Origin: Alphaproteobacteria bacterium
Lineage (GTDB): Bacteria > Pseudomonadota > Alphaproteobacteria > UBA828
Length of the DNA: 64,000 nt
NCBI GenBank assembly: GCA_965220745.1
Contig: CBDCQT010000005.1
Location: 224,001-288,000 of the forward strand
Direction: 5' to 3'
The notes beneath the pieces were generated by a model that ran no database searches, was not told where the DNA came from, and saw only the letters and a list, made by a program, of their open reading frames with translations. Made by a program: the position numbers and the translations under genes. Positions 52,319-63,164 of the stretch are shown in pieces. Numbering within the stretch: position 1 is the stretch's first letter; each line of letters begins with the position of its first letter.

Positions 52319-54661
52319 ATGCTCTCGCGCGATCTCGAAAAGAGCCTACACCGGGCGCTCGCGCTTGCGGTCGAGCGGCGGCACGAGTTCGCGACCCTGG
52401 AGCACCTGCTCTACGCGCTGCTGGAGGACCCCGACGCCATCGCGGTGCTGAAGGCCTGCGGCGTCGATCTGGAGCGGCTCGAACGCGAGCTCGAAACCTT
52501 CATCGACGAGGAGCTGGAGAGCCTCTCCACCGATGAGGCGGTCGAGGCCAAGCCCACGACCGGATTCCAGCGGGTGGTGCAGCGCGCGGTGCTCCACGTG
52601 CAGTCTTCGGGCCGCTCCGAGGTCACCGGCGCCAACATTCTGGTGGCGATCTTCTCCGAGCGCGAGTCCCACGCGGTCTACTTCCTGCAAGAGCAGGACA
52701 TGTCGCGCTACGACGCGGTCAACTACATCTCGCACCGGATCGCGAAGGTGCCCGGACAGTCGGCGCAGGGCGGCAGCGTCTCCGGCACCGACGAGGACGC
52801 CAGCGAGGAGAACATCGTCAAGGAGGGGCCCGCGGCGCTCGACGCCTATTGCGTCAATCTGAACGCCAAGGCCAATGCCGGGCGGATTGACCCGCTCATC
52901 GGCCGCAACGCGGAGATCGAGCGCACCATCCAGGTGCTTTGCCGCCGCACCAAAAACAACCCGCTCTATGTCGGCGATGCGGGCGTGGGCAAGACGGCGC
53001 TCGCCGAAGGGCTGGCGCGGCGGATCGAGAACGGCGAGGTGCCGCAGGTGCTCGACGGCGCCACGATCTTCGCGCTGGACATGGGCGCGCTGCTCGCCGG
53101 CACGCGCTACCGCGGCGACTTCGAGGAGCGGATCAAGGCGGTGCTCGCCGAGATCGAGGCGCACGAGAGCGCGATCCTCTTCATCGACGAGATCCACACG
53201 GTGATCGGCGCGGGCGCCACCAGCGGCGGCGCGATGGATGCCTCGAACCTGCTGAAGCCCGCGCTGCAGAGCGGCACGCTGCGCTGCATCGGCTCGACCA
53301 CCTACAAGGAATACCGCAACTACTTCGAGAAGGACCGCGCGCTGGTGCGGCGCTTCCAGAAGATCGACGTGAACGAGCCGAGCGTCGACGAGGCGGTGAA
53401 GATCCTGCGCGGGCTCAAGCCCTACTACGAGGCGCACCACGGCGTGCGCTACACGGCGGAGGCGATCCGCACCGCCGTCGAGCTTGCGAGCCGCTACATC
53501 AACGACCGCAGGCTCCCCGACAAGGCGATCGACGTGATCGACGAGGTCGGCGCCTCGCAACGCCTGCTGCCGGAATCGAAGCGGCGGAAGACGGTCGGCG
53601 TGAAGGACGTCGAGGGCGTGGTGGCGAAGATCGCCCGGATCCCGCCGAAGAACGTGAGCCGGGGCGACAAGACCATCCTGGAGAGCCTGGAGCGCGACCT
53701 GAAGACCGTCGTCTTCGGCCAGGACGAGGCCATCGCCGCGGTGGCGACCGCGATCAAGATGTCGCGGGCCGGTCTGCGCGAGCCCGGCAAGCCGGTCGGC
53801 TGCTACCTCTTCAGCGGGCCGACGGGTGTCGGCAAGACCGAGGTCGCGCGCCAGCTCGCCCACGTGATGGGCGTTGAGCTCGTCCGCTTCGACATGAGCG
53901 AGTACATGGAGCGGCACTCGGTCTCCCGGCTTATCGGCGCGCCGCCCGGCTACGTCGGCTTCGATCAGGGCGGCCTGCTCACCGACGCGGCCGACCAGAA
54001 TCCGCACATGGTGCTGCTGCTGGACGAGATCGAGAAGGCGCATCCCGATCTCTTCAACATCCTCCTGCAGATCATGGACTACGGGAAGCTCACCGATCAC
54101 AACGGCAAGACGGTCGATTTCAGCAACGTCATCCTCATCATGACCACCAACGCCGGCGCTACCGAGCTCGCCAAGCCGCCGATCGGCTTCGCCCGGACGG
54201 AGCGCGAAGGCGACGACGAGGAAGCGATCAAGCGGATGTTCGCGCCGGAGTTCCGCAACCGCCTCGATGCCGTGATCCGCTTCGCCGCGCTCACGCCCGA
54301 GGTGATCGTGCGCGTGGTGGACAAGTTCATCATCCAGCTGGAGGAGCAGCTCGCCGACCGCAACGTCGGGATCGAGCTGAGCCCGGCAGCGCGGACCTGG
54401 CTCGCGGAGAACGGCTACGATCCCACCTACGGCGCCCGGCCGCTCGCGCGGCTGATCCAGGAGGAGATCAAGAAGCCGCTCGCCGACGAGCTCCTGTTCG
54501 GCAAGCTGGCGAAGGGCGGGCGCGTGCAGGTCGGCCTCAAGGACGGCAAGCTCACCTTCAGCTTCCCGGCATCCGACGCGCCCGGCCGCAAGGGCGGCGG
54601 CGGTTCCGGCAAGCGCGGCGGCTCAGGCAAGCGCCCCCGCGTGCCCGAATACGCGTCCTGA
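52319..54661 (+). CDS. clpA: ATP-dependent Clp protease ATPase subunit ClpA
   Basis: Two AAA+ modules (GDAGVGKT, GPTGVGKT), IGF loop; follows clpS. Confidence 0.97.
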   Translation: MLSRDLEKSLHRALALAVERRHEFATLEHLLYALLEDPDAIAVLKACGVDLERLERELETFIDEELESLSTDEAVEAKPTTGFQRVVQRAVLHVQSSGRSEVTGANILVAIFSERESHAVYFLQEQDMSRYDAVNYISHRIAKVPGQSAQGGSVSGTDEDASEENIVKEGPAALDAYCVNLNAKANAGRIDPLIGRNAEIERTIQVLCRRTKNNPLYVGDAGVGKTALAEGLARRIENGEVPQVLDGATIFALDMGALLAGTRYRGDFEERIKAVLAEIEAHESAILFIDEIHTVIGAGATSGGAMDASNLLKPALQSGTLRCIGSTTYKEYRNYFEKDRALVRRFQKIDVNEPSVDEAVKILRGLKPYYEAHHGVRYTAEAIRTAVELASRYINDRRLPDKAIDVIDEVGASQRLLPESKRRKTVGVKDVEGVVAKIARIPPKNVSRGDKTILESLERDLKTVVFGQDEAIAAVATAIKMSRAGLREPGKPVGCYLFSGPTGVGKTEVARQLAHVMGVELVRFDMSEYMERHSVSRLIGAPPGYVGFDQGGLLTDAADQNPHMVLLLDEIEKAHPDLFNILLQIMDYGKLTDHNGKTVDFSNVILIMTTNAGATELAKPPIGFARTEREGDDEEAIKRMFAPEFRNRLDAVIRFAALTPEVIVRVVDKFIIQLEEQLADRNVGIELSPAARTWLAENGYDPTYGARPLARLIQEEIKKPLADELLFGKLAKGGRVQVGLKDGKLTFSFPASDAPGRKGGGGSGKRGGSGKRPRVPEYAS

Positions 54662-54679
54662 CCGACTGCACTCGGCGCG

Positions 54680-55804
54680 GTGCCCATCCCCTTCCTCACC
54701 GGGTTGAGGGTCCTCGACCTCAGCCAGTACATCCCTGGGCCGTACGGGAGCCTGATCCTCGCCGACTTGGGCGCGGAGGTGATCAAGGTCGAGCCGCCCG
54801 GCGGGGAGCCGATGCGGGGCGTCGGGCCCAAGGACGAGGCCGGCGTCTCGGTCTGGTACCGGATGGTGAACGGTGGCAAGACCGTGGTCGAGATCGACCT
54901 CAAGTCGGACGACGGCAAGCGCGACTTCCGCGCCCTGGTGGAGCAGTCGGACGCCTTCCTCGAATCCTACCGGCCGGGCGTGCTCGACCGCCTGGGCTTC
55001 GGCCACGAGGCGCTGCACGAGATGAACCCCGGCATCGTCTCCTGCTCGCTCTCGGGCTGGGGGCTTGAGGGGCCCTATCGGCTGCGGGGTGGGCACGACA
55101 TCAACTACATGGGGCTGATGGGCGGGCTTGAGCGCTCAGGCGTGCCCGAGCGGCCGATCGTCGCCTTCCCGCCGACCGCCGACTTTGCGAGCGGGATGCA
55201 GGCCGCGCTCAGCATCATGGGCGGGCTGCTCGGCCGCAGCCGGAACGCGGAAGGACGCGGTGCGACCATCGACGTCAGCATTGCCGAGACCGTGCTGCCC
55301 TGGCAGGTGTGGGCGCTGAACGGGCTCTTCCACACGGAGTGGGACGCGGCGCGGGGCGCGCAATTCCCGAACGGTGGCGCTGCCTTCTACAACGTCTACG
55401 AGACCCTCGACGGCCGCTTCATCACGCTCGGCGCGCTGGAGGACAAGTTCTGGGCCAACTTCTGCACCGCCTGCGACCGGCCCGAGTGGATCAGGCGCCA
55501 GTGGGAACCCCGGCCGCAGGAATCGCTGATCGGAGAGGTCGCCGCCTTCGTCCGGGCACACACGCTCGATGAGATGAACGGGCTGATGGAGGGCGTCGAC
55601 TGCTGCTACGAGCCGGTGCACCGCCTGGAGGACGTGCCGGAGCACCCGCAGATCAAGGCGCGGCAGATGCTGCGCCGGCACGATGACCCGACGCCGGCCT
55701 ACGAGATTCTGTTCCCCGGCTGGATCGACGGCCAGCCCCCGCCGCCGCGCCCACCGGTGGAGTACCTGAGCGCGCCGGACGTGCTCGCCCGCTGGCAGGC
55801 CTGA
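54680..55804 (+). CDS. class III CoA-transferase (CaiB/BaiF)
   Basis: [32 protein letters not shown]. Confidence 0.9.
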   Translation: MPIPFLTGLRVLDLSQYIPGPYGSLILADLGAEVIKVEPPGGEPMRGVGPKDEAGVSVWYRMVNGGKTVVEIDLKSDDGKRDFRALVEQSDAFLESYRPGVLDRLGFGHEALHEMNPGIVSCSLSGWGLEGPYRLRGGHDINYMGLMGGLERSGVPERPIVAFPPTADFASGMQAALSIMGGLLGRSRNAEGRGATIDVSIAETVLPWQVWALNGLFHTEWDAARGAQFPNGGAAFYNVYETLDGRFITLGALEDKFWANFCTACDRPEWIRRQWEPRPQESLIGEVAAFVRAHTLDEMNGLMEGVDCCYEPVHRLEDVPEHPQIKARQMLRRHDDPTPAYEILFPGWIDGQPPPPRPPVEYLSAPDVLARWQA

Positions 55805-55821
55805 ACGCGGGCGGTGCGGCC

Positions 55822-56109
55822 ATGAGCATCGACAAGGACACCGTGGTGCGGATTGCGCGGCTCTCGCGCATCGCGATGGAGGACGACGCGCTGGAGCCCA
55901 TGGCGCAGGAGCTGAACGGCATCCTCGCCTGGGTCGAGCAGCTAGGCGAAGTGAATACCGAGGGCGTCGAGCCGATGACCGGCGCCATCGCCGCCACGCT
56001 GCCGCAGCGAGACGACGACGCGGAGACGGGGACCGCCACCGACGACCTGCTGGCCAACGCGCCGGAGGCCGACGACGGCTTCTTCGTGGTGCCCAAGGTG
56101 GTCGAGTGA
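55822..56109 (+). CDS. gatC: Asp/Glu-tRNA amidotransferase subunit C
   Basis: [14 protein letters not shown]...FFVVPKVVE. Confidence 0.96.
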   Translation: MSIDKDTVVRIARLSRIAMEDDALEPMAQELNGILAWVEQLGEVNTEGVEPMTGAIAATLPQRDDDAETGTATDDLLANAPEADDGFFVVPKVVE

Positions 56110-57593
56110 GCGCGCTGACCCGGCTCACCATCGCCGCGGCCCGCGCCGGGCTGGCTGCGCGCGACTTCTCGGCGCGCGAGCTGACGGACGCGCATATCGC
56201 GGCCGTCGAGGGCGCGCGCGACCTCAACGCCTTCGTCGCCGAGACCTTCGACGCCGCGCGGGCCGATGCGGACGACGCCGATGCGCGCCTCGCGGCGGGC
56301 GAGGGGCGGCTGCTCGAAGGCATTCCGCTCGCGGTCAAGGACCTCTTCTGCACCCGCGGGGTGCGCAGCCAGGCCTGCTCCAACATTCTCGACGGCTTCG
56401 CGCCGCCCTACGAATCCACCGTCACCGCCAATCTCTGGGACGCGGGCGCGCTCATGCTGGGCAAGACCAACATGGACGAGTTCGCCATGGGCTCGGCCAA
56501 CGTCACCAGCGCCGACGGCCCGGTGATCAATCCCTGGCGCCGGCGGGGCGAGGACAAGCCGCTGGTGCCGGGCGGAAGCTCCGGCGGCTCGGCGGCGGCG
56601 GTGGCCGCAGGTCTCTGCCTCGGCGCCACCGGGACCGATACCGGCGGCTCGATCCGCCAGCCGGGGGCCTTCTGCGGCATCGTCGGCATGAAGCCCACGT
56701 ACGGCCGCTGCTCCCGCTGGGGCATGATCGCCTTCGCCTCCTCGCTCGACCAGGCCGGGCCGCTCACGCGGACGGTCGAGGACGCGGCGCTCATGCTGCA
56801 GGCGATGGCCGGCCACGACCCCAAGGATTCGACCTCCATCGACCGCCCGGTGCCCGACTACGCGGCGAGCCTCACTGGCGACGTGCGCGACCTCACCATC
56901 GGCGTGCCGGCGGAATACCGGATGGATGGGATGCCGGCGGAGATTGAGGCGCTCTGGGCCGAGGGCGTGCGCTGGTTCCGCGAGGCGGGCGCGACGGTGG
57001 TCGACATCTCGCTGCCGCTCACCAAGTACGCGCTGCCCACCTATTACATCGTGGCGCCGGCGGAGGCCTCCTCCAACCTCGCGCGCTACGACGGAGTACG
57101 CTACGGGCTCCGGGTCGAGGGCGACGACCCGACCGAGATGTATGCCAAGACGCGGGCTGCGGGCTTCGGGCGCGAGGTCAGGCGGCGCATCCTGATCGGC
57201 ACCTACGTGCTCTCCGCCGGCTACTACGACGCCTACTACCTGAAGGCGCAGAAGGTGCGCACCCTGATCGCGCGCGATTTCGAGAGCGCGTTCGAGAGCG
57301 TGGACGCGGTGCTGACGCCCACCGCCCCCTTCGCCGCCTTCGCCATCGGCGAGAAGATGGACGACCCCATCGCCATGTACCTGAACGACGTGTTCACGGT
57401 GCCGGCGAGCCTCGCGGGGCTGCCCGCGATCTCTGTGCCAGCCGGGCTCACGGGCGACGGGCTGCCGCTCGGCCTCCACCTGATCGCGCGGCCCTTCGAC
57501 GAGCCGACGCTGTTCCGGGCGGCCGGCGTGCTGGAGAGCGCGGCCGGCTTCACCCACCGCCCCGACCGGAGCGGGGCCGGAGGCGCCGCGTGA
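56106..57593 (+). CDS. gatA: Asp/Glu-tRNA amidotransferase subunit A
   Basis: [39 protein letters not shown]. Confidence 0.97.
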   Translation: MSALTRLTIAAARAGLAARDFSARELTDAHIAAVEGARDLNAFVAETFDAARADADDADARLAAGEGRLLEGIPLAVKDLFCTRGVRSQACSNILDGFAPPYESTVTANLWDAGALMLGKTNMDEFAMGSANVTSADGPVINPWRRRGEDKPLVPGGSSGGSAAAVAAGLCLGATGTDTGGSIRQPGAFCGIVGMKPTYGRCSRWGMIAFASSLDQAGPLTRTVEDAALMLQAMAGHDPKDSTSIDRPVPDYAASLTGDVRDLTIGVPAEYRMDGMPAEIEALWAEGVRWFREAGATVVDISLPLTKYALPTYYIVAPAEASSNLARYDGVRYGLRVEGDDPTEMYAKTRAAGFGREVRRRILIGTYVLSAGYYDAYYLKAQKVRTLIARDFESAFESVDAVLTPTAPFAAFAIGEKMDDPIAMYLNDVFTVPASLAGLPAISVPAGLTGDGLPLGLHLIARPFDEPTLFRAAGVLESAAGFTHRPDRSGAGGAA

Positions 57594-59053
57594 ACGCGGG
57601 CGGCTACCGGATCAGGGGCCGCGACGGCGAGTGGGAGATCGCGGTCGGGCTGGAGGTCCACGCCCAGGTGATCTCGGAGACCAAGCTCTTCTCGTCTGCG
57701 CCCACCGCCTTCGGCGCCGAGCCCAACACGCAGGTCTCCCTCGTCGATGCCGCCATGCCCGGCATGCTGCCGGTGATCAACAGCCATTGCGTGGCGCAGG
57801 CGGTGCGCACCGGGCTCGCGCTGGAGGCCGAGATCAACCTGACCTCGGTGTTCGACCGCAAGAACTACTTCTATCCCGATCTGCCGCCCGGCTATCAGAT
57901 TTCGCAGTATTCGCGGCCCATCGTGGGCGAAGGGCGGGTCGTGCTCGACCTGGAGGACGGCTCGCAGCGGACAATCGGCATCACCCGGCTGCACCTGGAG
58001 ATGGATGCCGGCAAGAGTATCCACGACCGCCGGGCGGACGCCACCTGCGTGGACCTCAACCGCGCCGGCGTCGCGCTGATGGAGATCGTCTCCGAGCCCG
58101 ACATCAGGAGCCCGGAGGAGGCCGGCCTCTACCTGCGCAAGCTGCGCTCCATCCTGCGCTACATCGGTACCTGCGACGGCAACATGGAGCAGGGCTCGCT
58201 GCGCGCCGACGTCAACGTCTCCGTGCGCCGGCCGGGGGATGAGCTGGGGACGCGCTGCGAGGTCAAAAACCTAAACTCGGTCCGCTTCGTCATGAAGGCG
58301 ATCGAGGTGGAGGCGGAGCGCCAGGTCGCGGTGCGGGAAGATGGCGGCACCATCGAGCTCGAGACCCGCCTCTTCGATGCTGAGCGGGGCGAGACCCGCT
58401 CCATGCGCTCCAAGGAGGAGGCCCACGACTACCGCTACTTCCCCGACCCCGACCTGCTGCCGCTCACCCTCGACCCCGCCTGGGTGGAGGCCGAGCGCGC
58501 CCGGCTGCCCGAGCTGCCGGACGCCAGGAAGGCGCGCTTCATGGCCGACTACGGCCTCTCCGCCTACGACGCCGGCGTGCTGGTGGCGGAGCGCGAGATC
58601 GCTGAGTATTTCGAGGCGGTCGCGGCGGGGCGCGACGGCAAGCAGGCGGCCAACTGGGTCACGGGCACGCTCTTCGGCGCGCTCAACCGGGCCGGCATCG
58701 GGATCGAGCAGAGCCCGGTCTCGGCGGCGGCCCTCGGCGCGTTGATTGACCGGGTGGTGGACGGCACGGTCTCCAACCGCGCGGCCAAGGACGTGTTCGA
58801 GGCCATGGTCTCGACAGGGAAGGACCCCGACACCATCATCGAAGAGCAGGGGCTCAGGCAGGTCAGCGACGAGGGCGCGATCGCGGCGCTCGTGGACCAG
58901 GCGATCGCCGAGAACCCCGACAAGGTGGCTGACTATCGCGCCGGCAAGACGAAGCTGATGGGCTGGTTCGTCGGTCAGGTGATGAAGGCGTCTGGCGGCA
59001 AGGCCAACCCGGGGGCGGTGAACGAGACGCTGCGGGCCAAGCTCGACGGCTGA
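57590..59053 (+). CDS. gatB: Asp/Glu-tRNA amidotransferase subunit B
   Basis: [32 protein letters not shown]. Confidence 0.97.
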   Translation: MNAGGYRIRGRDGEWEIAVGLEVHAQVISETKLFSSAPTAFGAEPNTQVSLVDAAMPGMLPVINSHCVAQAVRTGLALEAEINLTSVFDRKNYFYPDLPPGYQISQYSRPIVGEGRVVLDLEDGSQRTIGITRLHLEMDAGKSIHDRRADATCVDLNRAGVALMEIVSEPDIRSPEEAGLYLRKLRSILRYIGTCDGNMEQGSLRADVNVSVRRPGDELGTRCEVKNLNSVRFVMKAIEVEAERQVAVREDGGTIELETRLFDAERGETRSMRSKEEAHDYRYFPDPDLLPLTLDPAWVEAERARLPELPDARKARFMADYGLSAYDAGVLVAEREIAEYFEAVAAGRDGKQAANWVTGTLFGALNRAGIGIEQSPVSAAALGALIDRVVDGTVSNRAAKDVFEAMVSTGKDPDTIIEEQGLRQVSDEGAIAALVDQAIAENPDKVADYRAGKTKLMGWFVGQVMKASGGKANPGAVNETLRAKLDG

Positions 59054-59153
59054 ACGCCGGGCGCGGGCCAAAGGCGTGGCCCCGGTAATGCTGTAGACTC
59101 CGGTGCGGCCTCCGCGCGAGGGCCGGCCCCGCTGCCGGGGCAGGAGCTGACCG

Positions 59154-60068
59154 ATGTTTCTGCCGCTCAGGGACGACAACCCGGTCAACCGGATCGGCTT
59201 CCAGTTCGTGACGGTGGGGCTGATCGCCGCCTGCACCATCATCTGGGTCGTCCAGTGGCTGGGCGGGGATCAGTTCGATGCCGAGCTGATCTTCCGCCTC
59301 GGCATGATCCCGGTGACGGTGCTCGGCGAGCTTCGGCGCGAGCCCGACATGGTAACTGTGACCCCCTGGCTCACCATCGTCACGTCCATGTTCCTGCACG
59401 GGGGCTTCATGCACCTGTTCGGCAACATGCTCTATCTCTGGATTTTCGGGGACAATGTGGAAGACGCGATGGGCCACTGGCGCTTCGCGATCTTCTATCT
59501 GCTCTGCGGCGCGGTAGCGGCCCTCACGCACGCCGCCGTGGAGCCCGCTTCGCAGGTTCCCACCATCGGGGCGAGCGGCGCGGTCTCGGGCGTGCTCGGC
59601 GCCTACTTCATGCTTCACCCGAAGCGAGGGGTCTGGATTCTGGTCTTCTTCATGCCGATCCGCTTCCCCGCCTGGGGCGTGCTTGGGCTCTGGATCGGCT
59701 ATCAGGTGTTCAACGCGCTGGTCGCGGGGCCGGCCGGAGGCGGCGTCGCCTGGTACGCCCATATCGGCGGCTTCGCGGCCGGCGCGCTGCTGGTGGTGCC
59801 GCTGCGCAAGCGCGGCGTGCCGCTCTTCGACCGCGGTTACGTGCGGCACCGGAGACGGACGCCGTACACGCCGCCGCCTGAGGCCGAGACCCCCGGCGCG
59901 GGGCCGTGGGAGGAGCCGCCCACGGATCCCACCGTCAATCCAGAAGCCGACGGCGACGCACCGTGGCAGGAGCCGCCCCGAAGCCGGCCCAACGGCGGCG
60001 GCGGGCCGGACCACCGCAGCGGCCCCTGGGGGCGGCGGCCTCGGGGACCCTGGTCGCGGAGGGACTAG
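59154..60068 (+). CDS. rhomboid intramembrane serine protease with Pro/Trp-rich C-terminal tail
   Basis: HGGFMHLFGNM, GASG, AHIGG. Confidence 0.92.
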   Translation: MFLPLRDDNPVNRIGFQFVTVGLIAACTIIWVVQWLGGDQFDAELIFRLGMIPVTVLGELRREPDMVTVTPWLTIVTSMFLHGGFMHLFGNMLYLWIFGDNVEDAMGHWRFAIFYLLCGAVAALTHAAVEPASQVPTIGASGAVSGVLGAYFMLHPKRGVWILVFFMPIRFPAWGVLGLWIGYQVFNALVAGPAGGGVAWYAHIGGFAAGALLVVPLRKRGVPLFDRGYVRHRRRTPYTPPPEAETPGAGPWEEPPTDPTVNPEADGDAPWQEPPRSRPNGGGGPDHRSGPWGRRPRGPWSRRD

Positions 60069-60071
60069 GCC

Positions 60072-60272
60072 ATGGGCGCGGGAAAGAAGAGCGACTACTT
60101 CGCCGACCGCATCCGTGCCGAGCTCGCCTTCGCGCGCTCGCGCGGCGCGCGCGATGCGGAGGCGCTGGCGGAGCACCTCAACGCCCGCGGCTTCCTCACC
60201 CGCGACGGACGGCGCTGGACCGCCGCCGATGTCGAGGCCGCGACCCGCCGCCCGCCTAAGCCGCAGAGTTAA
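60072..60272 (+). CDS. small recombinase-like helix-turn-helix protein
   Basis: ALAEHLNARGFLTRDGRRWTAADV resembles the serine-recombinase DNA-binding HTH; starts 3 nt after the rhomboid stop. Confidence 0.6.
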   Translation: MGAGKKSDYFADRIRAELAFARSRGARDAEALAEHLNARGFLTRDGRRWTAADVEAATRRPPKPQS

Positions 60273-60277
60273 CCCGA

Positions 60278-61978
60278 CTATTCCGCTGCCGCGGCGTGGC
60301 CGTAGCGCTCGGCGGCGGCGGACGGTGAGACGAAGCCTTCGCGCACGTCTTCGTCCACCATTTCTTGCGGCCGCTCCGCCACCGGGCCGTAGCCCCCGCC
60401 GCCGCCCGAGAGCAGGCGGACCCGATCGCCCCGGTGCACCGAGACGTTGCCGAACTTGCTGGGCGAGACCTTGCCGTGGCCCTCGCAGACGTCCTTCCAG
60501 TCGTTCTCGTTCGCCTTCTTGATGAGCAGCGCGGCCGATCCCCCGGAACCGCCGCCGAGCAGGCCCCACGGGGCCTTCCGGTGGCGGTCACCCATGTAGC
60601 TGAGGATGATTTCGTCGGCCGTGCATTCCAGCGTCTTGGTCGAGCCGAGGCCGCCCCGGTACTTGCCGGCGCCGCCCGAATCCTCGGTGAGCGAGAGGTT
60701 CTCGACGAGCCAGGGGTAGCGGCTCTCGTAGACCTCGACCGGGACAGTGCGGCAGTTGCCGTTGATGCAGTTGCAGGTGTCGTTGCCGTCAGCGAAGGGG
60801 CGCCCGCCCCAGCCCGCGACCATGAAGTCGTAACAGACGTAGAACTCGTCGTTCTCTGGGTCGTGGCCGCCGAAGAGGAAGTTGCCGTGGGTGCCGGCGT
60901 CGGTGGCGAAGGCACGCTCCGGCAGGCAGCGGGACATCGCCCCGATCACCGTGAAGCAGATGCGGACATGGGTCTCCGTGTTGCCGCCCACCTCCGGCGC
61001 CGGGTAGTCGACGTTGACCACGGTCGCCGGCCGCGCCAGCACGCGGATCGGCCGGTAACAGCCCGCGTTGCGCGGGATCGAGGGGTCGGTCAGGTGCAGC
61101 ATGGCGTTGTAGGTGGCGGAGCAGGTGACGCCGAGGGTCGCGTTGATCGCGCCCTTCGCCTGGGCGTCGCTGCGGCGCCAATCGGCGATGATCTCGTCGC
61201 CCTGCACCACCATGTCGACGGCAATCTTGTAGGGCCGGGCGTCGATCCCGTCGTCCTCCATGTAGTCCTCGAAGGAGTACTGGCCGTCGGGGATCGCCGC
61301 GATCTCGGCCCGCATCCGGGCTTCGGAGTAGTCCATGAGGTCGGCGACGGTCTGCTGGAAGAGCGGCACGCCGTACTTCCGGATCAGCGCGGCCATGCGC
61401 TCGGCGCCCAGCTCGCAGGCGCTGATCATGGCCCGATAGTCGCCGTAGTTGTAGCGAGGGGTGCGGACGTTCGCGAGCAGGAGCTTCCAGACCTCGTCCA
61501 CATCCTTGCCCTGCTTCTTGATCTTGACCGGAGGGACGCGCAAGCCCTCGTGGAAGATCTCCGTGGCTTCGCTGGCGAAGCCGCCCGGCACCATGCCGCC
61601 GACCTCGGCGACATGTCCGATCGCCGCCGCATAGCCCATGAATTTGCCGTCGACGAAAATGGGCGTGAAGAAGGTGTGCTCCGGCGTGTGCAGCCCGCCC
61701 CGGTATGGGTCATTGTGCAGGATGACGTCGCCCTCGTGCACCGGCTCGTTCGCCATCTCGCGGATGCAGGTTTTGATCAGGAGAGACATGCCGCCGATCT
61801 GCGCCGGGCAGTAATCGGCGACAGCGATCATGTCGCCGTTGGCGTCGGCAATGGCGCAGCTGAAGTCGAGCGATTCGTTGAAGATCGTCGAATATGACGT
61901 CTTCATCATGGTGATCCCCATCTCCCGGCAGATGGAGAGCATCGTCGCTTCGACGATGTTCATCGTGACGACGTCCAT
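60278..61978 (-). CDS. hydantoinase B / oxoprolinase family protein
   Basis: TSYSTIFNESLDFSC, NDPYRGGLHTPE, DSGGAGKYRGG, GGGGGYG. Confidence 0.92.
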   Translation of the reverse strand: MDVVTMNIVEATMLSICREMGITMMKTSYSTIFNESLDFSCAIADANGDMIAVADYCPAQIGGMSLLIKTCIREMANEPVHEGDVILHNDPYRGGLHTPEHTFFTPIFVDGKFMGYAAAIGHVAEVGGMVPGGFASEATEIFHEGLRVPPVKIKKQGKDVDEVWKLLLANVRTPRYNYGDYRAMISACELGAERMAALIRKYGVPLFQQTVADLMDYSEARMRAEIAAIPDGQYSFEDYMEDDGIDARPYKIAVDMVVQGDEIIADWRRSDAQAKGAINATLGVTCSATYNAMLHLTDPSIPRNAGCYRPIRVLARPATVVNVDYPAPEVGGNTETHVRICFTVIGAMSRCLPERAFATDAGTHGNFLFGGHDPENDEFYVCYDFMVAGWGGRPFADGNDTCNCINGNCRTVPVEVYESRYPWLVENLSLTEDSGGAGKYRGGLGSTKTLECTADEIILSYMGDRHRKAPWGLLGGGSGGSAALLIKKANENDWKDVCEGHGKVSPSKFGNVSVHRGDRVRLLSGGGGGYGPVAERPQEMVDEDVREGFVSPSAAAERYGHAAAAE

Positions 61979-62127
61979 GGCTCCCTCCTCGGTCCCGCGC
62001 CTATTCTAGCGGGCGCTGATCGCGGCGCCCAAGAGCGGGAGTTCCGCCAACAAGTGTGCGGCCTATACAGCGCCGTGGCCCGCGGGGCATGCTGGGCAAA
62101 GAATTCGTCATCGCGGCGGGGGAGTCG

Positions 62128-62979
62128 ATGAACGACCGCCACCTGAGCGCCGACGAGGTGGCCCGGTTCCAGGACGACGGCTACCTGCATAAGCCGGCGC
62201 TGTTCGATGCCGAGGAGGTCGCGCTGATGCGCCAGGCGCTCGCGAACGACCCGGGCATCGCCGACCAGCGCAACACCATGGCGATGCACGACGCCGACGG
62301 CAGCGTCACCACGACCGTGCTGTGGACCGACCCCGGCGACGACCTGTTCGGTGCGATCGCGCGCTGCAAGCGGGTGGTGGAGGGCGCTGAGCTGCTGCTG
62401 GGCGGCGAGGTCTATCACTACCACTCCAAGCTGACCCTGAAGGCGCCCGAGACCGGCGGCGCCTGGAACTGGCATCAGGACTACGGCTACTGGTACTTCA
62501 ACGGCAATCTGTTCCCCGACATGCTCAGCGTCTTCATCGCCATCGACCCGGCGACGCAGGAGAACGGGTGCCTCCAGGTCATCCGGGGTTCGTCCCGCAT
62601 GGGCCGGCTCAACCACGAGCTGGTAGGGGGCCAGCTCACGGCCGAGCCGGAGCGGGTGGAGCACGCGTTGGAGCGGCTTGAGGCGGTCTCCTGCGAGATG
62701 GCGGCCGGCGACGCGCTCTTCCTGCACTGCAATACGCTGCACGGCTCGTCCAAGAACGTCTCCAGGCGAAGCCGCAACGTGCTGCTCTGCTGTTACAACG
62801 CCGCCCGCAACGATCCCTACAAGGACCATCACATGCCGCGCTACACGCCGCTGGAGAAGCTGCCGGACAGTGCGGTCAAGGAGCGCGGTGGCATTCACGC
62901 CGGCGCCAACCGGCGCTTCATGTGCCCCGAAGATCACCCCGACGATCAGGCCTCGCTCACGACGCCCGACACATCCTGA
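62128..62979 (+). CDS. PhyH-family Fe(II)/2-oxoglutarate dioxygenase
   Basis: FQDDGYL, WHQDYGYW (HxD), ENGCLQVIRGS, TLHGSSKN, RRSR. Confidence 0.9.
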   Translation: MNDRHLSADEVARFQDDGYLHKPALFDAEEVALMRQALANDPGIADQRNTMAMHDADGSVTTTVLWTDPGDDLFGAIARCKRVVEGAELLLGGEVYHYHSKLTLKAPETGGAWNWHQDYGYWYFNGNLFPDMLSVFIAIDPATQENGCLQVIRGSSRMGRLNHELVGGQLTAEPERVEHALERLEAVSCEMAAGDALFLHCNTLHGSSKNVSRRSRNVLLCCYNAARNDPYKDHHMPRYTPLEKLPDSAVKERGGIHAGANRRFMCPEDHPDDQASLTTPDTS

Positions 62980-63164
62980 GAGGCCAAGTCTCGTCCTACC
63001 GGTTGGCGGACCACGCGGCGGCGATCGCGCGCGAAGTATCTGTGTGAAGTCTGGGCGAAATTGGGTACTCAAGGCTGCGACCGGGCCAGTGTGATGGAAT
63101 ACGAGAGGCGACAGGGATAGTTCCGATGCCGCAAAGCGCACGAAAGGCCGCCGCGACAGGCAAT

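Noticed and set aside
52346-60569. Long antisense ORFs (584, 634 and 568 aa) opposite clpA, gatA and the rhomboid
   Set aside because: These are typical high-GC antisense open frames with no motifs, overlapping confident genes.
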